Below are positions 23,113-31,930 of a stretch of DNA of 43,477 nucleotides, piece after piece. The translations under genes were made by a program, and so were the position numbers. Positions within the stretch are counted from its first letter, which is position 1. Each line of letters begins with the position of its first letter. Where the stretch lies: contig CAINWR010000071.1 of NCBI GenBank assembly GCA_903854535.1, forward strand, positions 1 through 43,477, given 5' to 3'. The notes under the pieces were generated by a model. That model saw only the letters and a list, made by a program, of their open reading frames with translations. It was not told the origin of the DNA and did no database searches. The DNA is from Candidatus Staskawiczbacteria bacterium. GTDB taxonomy: Bacteria; Patescibacteriota; Minisyncoccia; Minisyncoccales; Staskawiczbacteraceae.

Positions 23113-24564
23113 ATGGCACAAAAAATTTACGATATTATGCCTCCAAAGGAGGAGCCAAAATTTATTGCTAAACCAGAGAAAAATTCTGGGGTTTTAGCAG
23201 TGAAAGTCAAAAAAGAACCAAAATCCGTTATTACTTCTAATTTGAATCAAGATAATAATATTAGTGAATCTGAGTTTGAAATTATAAAAAAAGCTGAAAA
23301 TAAAAGTCAGTTATTTACAGAAACCACAAAAGAGTCACATGATTCGTTGCAGGTAAGTAATAATGAAATTAGAGATAATAATAGTAATTCTAAAAAGATA
23401 AAATTAAACTTTTTATTTAAAAAATTATTATTAATTTCTTGTGGAGTTTTTGTGGTTGTGCTTGTTGGATATTTATATTTTAATTTACAAAAAGCAGAAA
23501 TTGTAATTTGGCCTAAAACAGAAACGCAAAGCTTTAGTGCTAAAATTATAGCAAATAATTCTACTTCTCAGATTGATATTGATAATAAAAAAATCCCAGC
23601 TGAGATATTTACAGTCGAAAAAGATTTATGGCAAGATTTTGCGTCTACTGGATCTGGACAAAATTCTGGTAAAGCTTCTGGAACAATAAAAATTTATAAT
23701 AAATTAAATCCACCATCTTCTTTTACTTTAAAATCTGGAACACATTTTCTATCAGATTCGGGGAAATATTTTGTAACATCTGAAAAAGTTACTATACCTG
23801 CTGGTACTTTAAAAAATGGCAAAATAACCCCAGGTTCTATTGCGGTCAAGGTAATAGCAGAGGATTTTGGAAAAGATTATAATATAGAGGCTTCAAAATT
23901 TTCTATTCCTAAATTAGTTGGTACAAATTATTATTATAGCATTTATGCAGAATCAACTAATTCTATGACAGGTGGTTTTTTATCAGATGTGAAAAAGGTT
24001 ACAGAACAAGATTTGGCTAATGCTAAAAAAGAACTTTCAGATAAAGTTCTCGCTGAAGCTGAAGCAACTTTAAGGCAGAAAATTTCATCTGATTATGTGT
24101 TGTTTGATAATGCTATTTTAAAGAAGATAACTGAAACATTTTCTCCCGTAAAAGTTGGGGCAGTTGTTGATAATTTTAGTTATCAAGTTAAAGTGAAAGC
24201 AGATGCTTTAGTTTTTAAAAGGCAAGATATAGAAAAATTTACTAAAGATAATATCACCTCCCAATCTCCTGGTAAAAGTATATTAGAAAAAAGTTTCAAG
24301 CTTGATTTTATTCCAGAATCTGTAGATCTTAATTCTGGCAGTATGATTATTGCATTGGACAGTTCTCTAAAGACTTATCAGCCAGTTGTTATTGATGATT
24401 TGCTTGAACTTTTAACTCAAAAAAATAAACTTGAAGTAAAAGATATTATATTAAGTAGATTGCCAAATCAAGTAGAAAGATTAGATGTTTTCTTAAAGCC
24501 TTTTTGGACTCAAAAAGTCCCCAATAATAAAGATAAAATTAAAATAGAACTAAAATTTGAATAG
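23113..24564 (+). CDS. Membrane-anchored hypothetical protein (483 aa), possibly baseplate-J-like family
   Basis: Single TM helix near residue 105. GKASGTIKIYN and VTIPAGT segments resemble proteins I recall being annotated as baseplate J/gp47-like in small-genome bacteria. This is recollection only. Confidence 0.55.
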   Translation: MAQKIYDIMPPKEEPKFIAKPEKNSGVLAVKVKKEPKSVITSNLNQDNNISESEFEIIKKAENKSQLFTETTKESHDSLQVSNNEIRDNNSNSKKIKLNFLFKKLLLISCGVFVVVLVGYLYFNLQKAEIVIWPKTETQSFSAKIIANNSTSQIDIDNKKIPAEIFTVEKDLWQDFASTGSGQNSGKASGTIKIYNKLNPPSSFTLKSGTHFLSDSGKYFVTSEKVTIPAGTLKNGKITPGSIAVKVIAEDFGKDYNIEASKFSIPKLVGTNYYYSIYAESTNSMTGGFLSDVKKVTEQDLANAKKELSDKVLAEAEATLRQKISSDYVLFDNAILKKITETFSPVKVGAVVDNFSYQVKVKADALVFKRQDIEKFTKDNITSQSPGKSILEKSFKLDFIPESVDLNSGSMIIALDSSLKTYQPVVIDDLLELLTQKNKLEVKDIILSRLPNQVERLDVFLKPFWTQKVPNNKDKIKIELKFE

Positions 24565-24613
24565 CAACTATTGACTATTAGAAAATAATTTGCTAACATT
24601 ATAAATTATATCA

Positions 24614-24886
24614 ATGGACATAGAAAATACAAACAATAATCTAAATAATTCTCAGAGCTCAAATCAACAAAGTTCACAAAAAGCTATAAGAGTTGAAGGG
24701 AGAGTTCTAGAGGCTTTACCAAATGCCTTTTTTAAGGTATTATTGAATGACCAGAGAGAAATTATGGGATTTTTATCGGGTAAGATGAGAATGAATAAAA
24801 TTACAATTCTTCCTGGAGATAAGGTAACAATTGAAATGAGTCCATATGATCAAGGGAAGGGGAGAATAGTATATCGTTTAAAATAA
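24614..24886 (+). CDS. infA: Translation initiation factor IF-1 with an N/Q/S-rich N-terminal extension
   Basis: S1-like core [15 protein letters not shown]...[16 protein letters not shown]...GRIVYR. Confidence 0.9.
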   Translation: MDIENTNNNLNNSQSSNQQSSQKAIRVEGRVLEALPNAFFKVLLNDQREIMGFLSGKMRMNKITILPGDKVTIEMSPYDQGKGRIVYRLK

Positions 24887-24908
24887 AAATATAAAATAAT
24901 TTATAGAA

Positions 24909-25025
24909 ATGAGAGTTAAGCCATCAGTAAAAAAAATTTGTAATGCATGTCAAACTGTTAAAAGATCAGGGAGGATTTATGTTATTTGTAAGAAAAATCC
25001 AAAACATAAACAAAGACAAGGTTAA
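24909..25025 (+). CDS. rpmJ: 50S ribosomal protein L36
   Basis: Not in the ORF track because it is 38 aa. Own translation: [38 protein letters not shown]. Confidence 0.9.
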   Translation: MRVKPSVKKICNACQTVKRSGRIYVICKKNPKHKQRQG

Positions 25026-25030
25026 CGAGT

Positions 25031-25102
25031 AAAAAGTTTGTAAAGTTATAAAGTTTGTAAAGTCGAACTTGATAACATTATAAACTTTTAAACTTTATAA
25101 CT
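25031..25102. repeat. Family B hairpin upstream of rpsM
   Basis: aaaagtttgtaaagttataaagtttgtaaagtcgaacttgataacattataaacttttaaactttataactt. Same architecture and centre (gtcgaac). It ends 6 nt before the ATG. Confidence 0.8.
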
Positions 25103-25108
25103 TATATT

Positions 25109-25498
25109 ATGCCAAGAATTGCAGGGGTAAATATACCAGAAAATAAAAGAACAGTAATTGCTTTGACCTATATATATGGAATAGGAAAAGTTTTGAGTGA
25201 AAAAATAATAAAAGAAGTTAAAATCGATGGAAATAAAAAAGCCAGCGAATTAAGTTCAGAAGAAATCGGTATTCTTAAAGATTATATAGAAAAAAATTAT
25301 AAAATTGAAGGAGATTTAAGAAGACAAGTTATGATTAATGTAAAAAGATTGAAAGATATTGGAGCTTGGAGAGGACTTCGCCACATTAAAGGACTGCCAG
25401 TCAGAGGTCAAAGAACTAAGACTAATAATAGAACAGTAAGAGGTAATGTAAGAAAAACTATGGGTTCTGGTAGAAAACCAGCTGCATCACCAACATAA
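25109..25498 (+). CDS. rpsM: 30S ribosomal protein S13
   Basis: MPRIAGVNIP...YIYGIG...GLRHIKGLPVRGQRTKTN. Confidence 0.95.
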   Translation: MPRIAGVNIPENKRTVIALTYIYGIGKVLSEKIIKEVKIDGNKKASELSSEEIGILKDYIEKNYKIEGDLRRQVMINVKRLKDIGAWRGLRHIKGLPVRGQRTKTNNRTVRGNVRKTMGSGRKPAASPT

Positions 25499-25516
25499 AA
25501 TAAAATTATAAAATTT

Positions 25517-25969
25517 ATGGGAAAAATTCATTTAACTAAAGAAAATCAAGAAGAGGCAATAAAAGAAACTGAAAAAGTAGAGAAAGCAGTTCAAAAGGAA
25601 ACTGTAAAATCTACAACACAAAGAGCTTCTGAGGGAAAGGTTTATGTATCTTCTTCTTACAATAATACAATCATAACTCTTACAAATACAAGGGGACAGG
25701 TTTTAGCTTGGAAATCTGCTGGGTCTGTAGGGTTTAAAGGAACTAAGAAATCAACATCTTTTGCAGCTTCTAAGGTTGCTGAAACAATTGCTACTATTTG
25801 TAAAAAAATTGGAGTAGAAAAAATAAGTGTTTTGATCTCTGGTATTGGTGCTGGCAGAGAATCTAGCGTAAGAACCTTAATAAGCCAAGGTTTAAATGTA
25901 ATTTCAATAAAAGATGTAACTCCTATACCTCATAATGGTTGTAGGCCAAGAAAAATTAGAAGAGTGTAA
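25517..25969 (+). CDS. rpsK: 30S ribosomal protein S11 with an N-terminal extension
   Basis: SSYNNTIITLTN...GFKGTKKSTSFAA...PHNGCRPRKIRRV. Confidence 0.95.
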   Translation: MGKIHLTKENQEEAIKETEKVEKAVQKETVKSTTQRASEGKVYVSSSYNNTIITLTNTRGQVLAWKSAGSVGFKGTKKSTSFAASKVAETIATICKKIGVEKISVLISGIGAGRESSVRTLISQGLNVISIKDVTPIPHNGCRPRKIRRV

Positions 25970-25994
25970 AAATAATTTAATTAATTTTATAAAG

Positions 25995-26624
25995 ATGAAT
26001 TACGATCAATGCAAATCATGTAGAAGAGCAGGACAAAAACTCTTTTTAAAAGGATCCAGATGTTTGTCTGGAAAGTGTGCTTTTGCTAGAAATAGTAATA
26101 CTCCAGGGCCTGCTAGAAAGAGGAAAGGTGGTGGTATGTCTGATTATAAAAAATCATTACAAGAAAAACAAGCATTGAAAAAATGGTATGGATTATCAGA
26201 AAAACAGTTTAAAGCATATGTACAAGAAGCATTGGCGAAAATGGGTAAGGTGGAAAATATTTCTTCAGAATTAATTAAAGAATTAGAGAAAAGATTAGAT
26301 AATGTAATTTTTAGATCTGGATTCGCAGACTCAAGACCTAATGCAAGACAAATGGTTTCACATGGACATTTTGTGGTCAATGGAAAGCCTGTTAATATAC
26401 CTTCATATAACGTAAAGAAAGGTGATGTAATTTCTGTGAAAGAATCAAAAAGAAAGAAGAATATGTTTAAGAATGTATCAGAAATTTTGAAAAGGAAAGA
26501 AGCTCCCGTGTGGTTGTCTTTAAATAAGGAAAAGATGGAAGTAAAAACAATTGGAGATCCTGATTTATTAGAAGTAAATCCTCCAGCTGAAATATCATTA
26601 ATTTTCGAATTTTATTCAAGATAA
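25995..26624 (+). CDS. rpsD: 30S ribosomal protein S4 (Cys-containing N-terminal type)
   Basis: CKSCRR...C...C N-terminus and an S4 RNA-binding domain (RLDNVIFRSGFADSRPNARQMVSHGHFVVNG). Start moved to ATG 25995. Confidence 0.9.
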   Translation: MNYDQCKSCRRAGQKLFLKGSRCLSGKCAFARNSNTPGPARKRKGGGMSDYKKSLQEKQALKKWYGLSEKQFKAYVQEALAKMGKVENISSELIKELEKRLDNVIFRSGFADSRPNARQMVSHGHFVVNGKPVNIPSYNVKKGDVISVKESKRKKNMFKNVSEILKRKEAPVWLSLNKEKMEVKTIGDPDLLEVNPPAEISLIFEFYSR

Positions 26625-26634
26625 TTTATAATTT

Positions 26635-26694
26635 AACACTAGATTTGAGAGTCAAATCATGGTGATAAAAGCTTTGGCTTTTGACTCTAGTGTT
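26635..26694 (+). promoter_or_regulatory. Long interrupted hairpin between rpsD and rpoA
   Basis: aacactag pairs with ctagtgtt and agtcaaa pairs with tttgact (8 + 7 bp, with a 7-nt bulge). No T-run follows. Confidence 0.45.
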
Positions 26695-26704
26695 CTAAAA
26701 TATT

Positions 26705-27655
26705 ATGATTTCATTTCCTATGTCTCCAAAAGAGATTCAAAGAGGGAAAAATAAAGCAGTTTTCGAAATTGAAAGTTTGTATCCTGGTTATGGCGTCACA
26801 ATTGGTAATAGTTTAAGAAGAGTTCTTTTGACATCTTTGCCTGGAGTAGCAGTAACTGAAGCTAAAATAAAAGGGGCTCCTCATGAATTTTCAGTTTTAC
26901 CTGGCGTACTTGAGGATATGATAATGGTAACTTTGAATCTTAAAAAGTTAAGATTTAAGATTTTTGAAGGAGAATCACAAAAAGTTAGTTTAAAGGTAAA
27001 AGGTGATAAAGAGGTAAAAGGAAGTGATTTTGAAAAATCTCCGTTAATTGAATTGGCAAATCCTGAGACCCATATTGCAACAATTACAGATAAAAAAGGT
27101 GAATTTGAAGTTGAGATTAAAATAGAAAAAGGCATAGGTTATGAACCTAAAAATCAAAGAAAAAATAAGAAAATGGAAATTGGGACAATTGCTTTAGATG
27201 CAATTTATACTCCAATTAAAAATGTGAATTTCCAAGTTGAAAATATGAGAGTTGGAGACAGGACAGATTTTGATAAATTAAGTATTGAAATAGAAACTGA
27301 CGGTACATTGACCCCAGCAGAAGCTTTCTTTGATGCTTGTGAGATATTATTAAAACATTTTAATATAATTTTTGGAGCAAAAAATCCAGATGAACCAAAA
27401 TCTAGGATTTTTACACAAGACTCAGAACAAGTATCAATAGAGTCTTCTGAAGATGTAAATAAAATTGCAGTCGAAGATTTAAAGTTTTCAACAAGAACCT
27501 TGAATGCTTTGAACGAAAATAATATTAAGACAGTTGGTGGAATTTTGAAGAAATCTGAAAAGTCTTTATCTGAAATGGAGGGCATAGGAGAAACAGCTAT
27601 TGCAGAAATTAAGAAAAAAATAAAAAAATTAGGATTAGAATTAAAAGCAGAATAA
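26705..27655 (+). CDS. rpoA: DNA-directed RNA polymerase alpha subunit
   Basis: NTD (GNSLRRVLL) and a C-terminal helix-hairpin-helix domain (LKFSTRTLNALNENNIKTVG). Canonical position after rpsD. Confidence 0.95.
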   Translation: MISFPMSPKEIQRGKNKAVFEIESLYPGYGVTIGNSLRRVLLTSLPGVAVTEAKIKGAPHEFSVLPGVLEDMIMVTLNLKKLRFKIFEGESQKVSLKVKGDKEVKGSDFEKSPLIELANPETHIATITDKKGEFEVEIKIEKGIGYEPKNQRKNKKMEIGTIALDAIYTPIKNVNFQVENMRVGDRTDFDKLSIEIETDGTLTPAEAFFDACEILLKHFNIIFGAKNPDEPKSRIFTQDSEQVSIESSEDVNKIAVEDLKFSTRTLNALNENNIKTVGGILKKSEKSLSEMEGIGETAIAEIKKKIKKLGLELKAE

Positions 27656-27659
27656 AAAA

Positions 27660-28007
27660 ATGAGAAAAAGAAATTCTGGTAGAATACTATCAAGGCCAAA
27701 AAATCAAAGACAAGCATTGCTAAAATCATTAGCTACTTCGCTTTTTTTGCATGGCAAAATCAAGACAACTGAAGCTAAGGCAAAAGAATTAAGATCTTCT
27801 GCTGAAAAGTTAATTACAAGAGCTAAAAATAATACTATTGCTAATAAAAGAGTTGTGGGAAGTTTACTTTCTCCTAAGGTAACAAAGAAATTATTTGAAG
27901 AGATTGCACCAAAATATTTACAAAGAAATGGTGGTTATACAAGAATAATGAAGATTGGTCCAAGACAATCTGATGGAGCTAAAATAGTTATAATTGAACT
28001 AATTTAA
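27660..28007 (+). CDS. rplQ: 50S ribosomal protein L17
   Basis: GRILSRPKNQRQALLKSLATSL...GGYTRI. Confidence 0.95.
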   Translation: MRKRNSGRILSRPKNQRQALLKSLATSLFLHGKIKTTEAKAKELRSSAEKLITRAKNNTIANKRVVGSLLSPKVTKKLFEEIAPKYLQRNGGYTRIMKIGPRQSDGAKIVIIELI

Positions 28008-28012
28008 ATAAT

Positions 28013-28378
28013 ATGTCAGAAATAATAAAAAGAGAAAATCATCTAATTGATGCAGAAGGCAAGGTGCTTGGCAAACTTGCTGTGGAAATTGCCAATATTT
28101 TAAGAGGTAAGAACAAGCCCAACTTTGTTTTACATCATGATATGGGTGATTTTGTAACAGTAAAGAATGTTGATAAAATGAAATTTACTGGGAATAAATT
28201 TAATGATAAAATTTATCATCATTATACAGGCTATCATGGTGGATTAAAGTCAGCTACAATGAAGGAAATATCAATTAAAAAGGGTCCTTCAGAAATTTTG
28301 AGAATGGCAGTAATGGGAATGCTTTGTAAAAATAAATTAAGGGCATTACAAATAAAAAGATTAAGATTTGAGAAATAA
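28013..28378 (+). CDS. rplM: 50S ribosomal protein L13
   Basis: IDAEGKVLGKLAVEIANILRGKNKP...GDFVTVKN...YHHYTGYHGG. Confidence 0.9.
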   Translation: MSEIIKRENHLIDAEGKVLGKLAVEIANILRGKNKPNFVLHHDMGDFVTVKNVDKMKFTGNKFNDKIYHHYTGYHGGLKSATMKEISIKKGPSEILRMAVMGMLCKNKLRALQIKRLRFEK

Positions 28379-28379
28379 T

Positions 28380-28955
28380 ATGGCAACAATAACAAAAAAA
28401 ACAACTAAAGCGAAAAATCCTTCTGACTCAAATAAAGATAAAGAGGATGTTAAAATAGAATCAAAGATTTCTATTCCTGTTACAACAGCTGTTTTATCTG
28501 CAGATGATTTAGATGATATACCAGCTGATGCTTTTAAATTAGACAAAGAAATTCCTGGTAAACCAGATAGATATTTTGAAGCAATTGGAAGAAGAAAAAC
28601 AGCAGTTGCAAGAATTAGGCTTTATACAAGAGGAGATAAAGTATTTTTAGTAAATGGCAAATCATTTACTGAATATTTTAAATTGCCTCAAGATCAGCAA
28701 ACAGCGATTTCTTCAATGAATAAAATGAAGTGTTTAGATAAGTTTAAGGTTTCAGTTTTGGTAAAAGGTGGTGGAAGATCAGCTCAAGCAGAAGCTATAA
28801 GACATGGAACTGCTAGAGTATTGGTAGATTTTAATTTGAATTTTAGAAAGAGATTAAGGAAAGCAGGATATTTAACAAGGGATCCGAGAATGAGAGAAAG
28901 AAAGAAATTTGGATTGAAGCGTGCCAGAAAATCACCTCAGTGGGCAAAAAGATAA
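28380..28955 (+). CDS. rpsI: 30S ribosomal protein S9 with a long N-terminal extension
   Basis: GRRKTAVARIRLY...GGGRSAQAEAIRHG...RKKFGLKRARK. ATG 28380 is preferred over the TTG start in the ORF track. Confidence 0.9.
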   Translation: MATITKKTTKAKNPSDSNKDKEDVKIESKISIPVTTAVLSADDLDDIPADAFKLDKEIPGKPDRYFEAIGRRKTAVARIRLYTRGDKVFLVNGKSFTEYFKLPQDQQTAISSMNKMKCLDKFKVSVLVKGGGRSAQAEAIRHGTARVLVDFNLNFRKRLRKAGYLTRDPRMRERKKFGLKRARKSPQWAKR

Positions 28956-28963
28956 TAAAGAAA

Positions 28964-28992
28964 AAAACGGCTTCATTTAAAAGCCGTTTTTG
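28964..28992 (+). terminator. Terminator after rpsI
   Basis: aacggctt-catttaa-aagccgtt followed by a T-run. Confidence 0.75.
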
Positions 28993-29006
28993 TTTAAACG
29001 TCATGG

Positions 29007-29034
29007 TTGAATTTGCATGATAAATTAGTATAAT
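29007..29034 (+). promoter_or_regulatory. Promoter of the restriction-modification operon
   Basis: TTGAAT-N16-TATAAT, 28 nt before the methyltransferase ATG. Confidence 0.5.
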
Positions 29035-29061
29035 TAAGTAAAATATAGTATTATATAAAAT

Positions 29062-30060
29062 ATGATTGGAAAAAAACAACAATTAGGACAATTTTTTACA
29101 AAAAAAACATTATGGCTTTTGCCTCAGGTTTTAGATTTTATAAAAAATACTGGAGCTAAAGTTGCTTTTGATCCTTTTGCTGGAAATGGTGATATGCTTA
29201 ATGCAGCAAAAGAAATTGGTTTTAAGGAAATTAAAGGATATGATATAGATCCACACTTAAATTGGGAACGAAACGATAGTTTAGCGATGATACCAAAAAT
29301 CAATAATGCTATTATTATTACAAATCCTCCATATTTAACTAATTATAGCGCAAAACGAAAAGGGATCGGCGAAGAAGTAGAAAAATATTTTTCAAGTTGT
29401 TTCTATGACGATTTATATCAGCTTGCATTAGAAAAGTGTTTTTCAAACGATTTTGGAGTATTAATTATTCCTGAAACTTTTATTAACTCTAGTTTCCCAA
29501 AAAATCGTTTAGTGAGTATATCTATTTTAGAAGATAATCCATTTGAAGACACCGAAACTCCGGTTTGTGTGATTTGTTTTGATAACAAAAATAAAAATTA
29601 TAAAGATATCAAGGTTTATAAAAATGAAAAATTTCTTGAAAATTTAGAATATTTTGAACAATTAAGAAAAAAACCTCAAAGAAATTTTTATATAAAATTT
29701 AATTCACCAAAAGGACAAATTGCTTTAAGAGCGGTGGACACAACAAATCCAGAGAAACCAATTTCTTTTATGAGAAGAGACATGATTGACTATGACCTTT
29801 CAAATATCAAGGAAAGCTCAAGATTAATAACACTTATTGAGATTTGTGCAGATGAAGAATCTATTGATGAAATAATTGATCGGGGGAATGATTTACTTCT
29901 TGATTTTAGAGTAAAAACTTCGGATGTACTTTTGTCACCGTTTAAAGGAAATAAAAAAAATGGAGAAAGGAGAAGAAGGCTCGATTATGCTACGGCAAGA
30001 GCAATATTAGAAGATGCATATTGTTTTGCGGGTAATAAATTAACTTTAAAATTTATATAA
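29062..30060 (+). CDS. N6-adenine DNA methyltransferase, gamma-class motif order
   Basis: LGQFFT near the N-terminus, DPFAGNG (motif I) and ITNPPY (motif IV). The partner nuclease gene starts 2 nt downstream. Confidence 0.8.
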   Translation: MIGKKQQLGQFFTKKTLWLLPQVLDFIKNTGAKVAFDPFAGNGDMLNAAKEIGFKEIKGYDIDPHLNWERNDSLAMIPKINNAIIITNPPYLTNYSAKRKGIGEEVEKYFSSCFYDDLYQLALEKCFSNDFGVLIIPETFINSSFPKNRLVSISILEDNPFEDTETPVCVICFDNKNKNYKDIKVYKNEKFLENLEYFEQLRKKPQRNFYIKFNSPKGQIALRAVDTTNPEKPISFMRRDMIDYDLSNIKESSRLITLIEICADEESIDEIIDRGNDLLLDFRVKTSDVLLSPFKGNKKNGERRRRLDYATARAILEDAYCFAGNKLTLKFI

Positions 30061-30061
30061 A

Positions 30062-31033
30062 ATGAATAAAATTAATAATCTCGAACTTTTTGATTTTTCA
30101 CTAAATAATCCAGAGCCTATTTTGGACGATTATTATTTAAAGAAAGGAAATCTGGTAATTTCTGATGATCCTAAAAAATCTACAGATTTGATGCTTAGAA
30201 ATTTAGATTTAATAGAATGTATTTCGGCATATAGTTTTGCCAAAAAGAGTAATAATAAAAGCTCAATTAATGATGCCTTGGTTAGTGCGCTTGTTTTAGT
30301 GAAAAGTAAAAATATAAATTTTTCTGAATTTGTATCATTTTGGCCAATTGTTGATATCTCATATAGTTTGTTTTGCAAATTAGAAGAAGATGATCAGAAA
30401 AACATCTTAAAAGAGATAATGAATAAATATGTTGAGTTGAGGCACGGATTATATTCTAAAATAGGGTATAGTGCGACAACTTTGCAGGTTGGAAAAGATG
30501 CAAAAGCACATAAGGAGTCAGGTAATTTAGCAGTTTATAAATTATCTAAATTACTAGAAGAAAAAGGATTTTGTAACGGGGATACCGATGATGTCGGCAC
30601 CTTTTTTTCTGGTAAATCTAAAAAATATTTAGTTGCTGATAAGGCCGGCAAAAAACTTTTTAAAAAAATAATTAAAGAGAAGGGAATCAAATTTAGGTGG
30701 AGCCGTGGAAAAGAAAATAAAATGCCAGATTTTCTTATTCGAGACATTGAAGATATTTATATACTCGAACATAAACATATGAAAGAGGGTGGAGGGGGTC
30801 AAAATAAACAGGTTAATGAAGTGATTGATTTTGTAAATTTTAGCTAAAGTGATGATAAGGTACATTATGTTTCATTCTTAGATGGTCTTTATTTTAATCT
30901 TTTTGCCGATGATAGATATCTAAAAAAAGGAAAAATCTTTAATCAATTGAAGGGTGTTAAAAAAGCATTATCTCAAAATAAAGGAAATTATTTTGTTAAC
31001 ACGGCAGGTTTCAAAAAATTAATTGATAAATAA
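30062..31033 (+). pseudogene. PD-(D/E)XK restriction endonuclease interrupted by an in-frame TAA at 30845-30847
   Basis: PDFLIRD...ILEHK catalytic-type motif just before the stop. The same frame stays open for 61 more sense codons (30848-31030), with no in-frame ATG, before a TAA at 31031-31033. Confidence 0.6.
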
Positions 31034-31052
31034 GTATATAATTTTATGATAG

Positions 31053-31082
31053 AAAAAAGCAATCCTTATGGGTTGCTTTTTT
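31053..31082. terminator. Bidirectional-looking terminator after the restriction-modification pair
   Basis: An A-run, then gcaatcc-ttat-gggttgc, then a T6 run. Confidence 0.65.
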
Positions 31083-31202
31083 GATATTACTTTGATATAC
31101 TGCCTTAATCACACTTTTCAATTTGGCAAGTGTCAAATGAGTGTGTTGTTCATTTATTAGCTCAGAAAGGGTTCGCCCGGAGAGCTAGAAAGGTGGTTGG
31201 TA

Positions 31203-31850
31203 ATGTATTCGTCCATCAACTTAGTTGATTTTGTAACTGGAAGAGCGAAAGTTACGCGAGGGGAAATCTCTACCGAGGTATGGTGTGAGATACTCCAAGA
31301 GGTATTGTGGCAAATCAAGCCTAGTTTGAAGTACTTGGATGGTTTCAAACCTCTTGCTCAGTTGCTCGATGGCAAGGAAGAGTTTATGAGCGGACATGGC
31401 AGATTTGGCATGTCGGATGATGTAGTGCCCAGTTTTAAGGGTATGGGCTTTGATGAGAGGACAAAGTTTTTCCCCTTGGCTTTGTGGCAGTATCCGAAGC
31501 AAGAGGCAAGTTGTGAAGAGAAATGTGGTGCCTTGTTGTTAGCTTTGGGAGAAAATGAGGGTAGTTTAGCTATTTTGAATCTTTCGCGCTTTAGGCAAGG
31601 CGACCACTATGCAGTGTGTGCTTGCTCTTTGGTAACCACTACTTCGGTACAAGGCATTACGAGCGTGTTAGAACCGAATGGGAAAGAGGTGAGTGGATTA
31701 ATTGATAAAGGATTTGTCTATGTGTCGTGCATATTAGACAGACTCTACCTTGCCTTTTATTCCACCGTAGATAAACGGGAAAAATATTTGGTCTCCATGC
31801 GTGCAAGTTGCGACTGGTTGCAACGGGCATATCAAAGGTGTTCGGGTTAA
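31203..31850 (+). CDS. Cys-rich hypothetical protein (215 aa), GC-rich orphan
   Basis: AAGGTGG lies 6 nt before ATG 31203. GC-rich composition. Flanked by stem-loop terminators at 31053-31082 and 31884-31925. Confidence 0.55.
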   Translation: MYSSINLVDFVTGRAKVTRGEISTEVWCEILQEVLWQIKPSLKYLDGFKPLAQLLDGKEEFMSGHGRFGMSDDVVPSFKGMGFDERTKFFPLALWQYPKQEASCEEKCGALLLALGENEGSLAILNLSRFRQGDHYAVCACSLVTTTSVQGITSVLEPNGKEVSGLIDKGFVYVSCILDRLYLAFYSTVDKREKYLVSMRASCDWLQRAYQRCSG

Positions 31851-31883
31851 GGTAGCGAAGAAAATTGTTATTTGACAACCAAA

Positions 31884-31925
31884 AACCCGCTCGTCGTTGC
31901 TCGACGAAGCGGGTTCTTTTTTTAT
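31884..31925. terminator. Bidirectional terminator between the GC-rich orphan gene and the convergent PEGA gene
   Basis: acccgctcgtcg-ttgc-tcgacgaagcgggt with a T-run on the plus strand and a T-run on the minus strand. Confidence 0.75.
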
Positions 31926-31930
31926 AAAAA

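Noticed and set aside
23113-24564. A baseplate-J-like protein considered as evidence of a prophage
   Set aside because: There are no capsid, terminase, tail, integrase or lysis genes nearby. The neighbours are alaS and infA, and the composition is native.
27205-27729. A 174-aa minus-strand ORF across the rpoA/rplQ region, and many similar 60-100-aa antisense ORFs inside housekeeping genes
   Set aside because: They are low-complexity F/I/L/S/K-rich translations antisense to clearly conserved genes, so they are spurious.
29100-29107. An A8 homopolymer early in the methyltransferase gene, considered as a phase-variation switch
   Set aside because: A7-A9 runs are frequent throughout this AT-rich window (for example in ftsQ and the leader of gene 4527). 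One tract is not evidence without population-level length variation.
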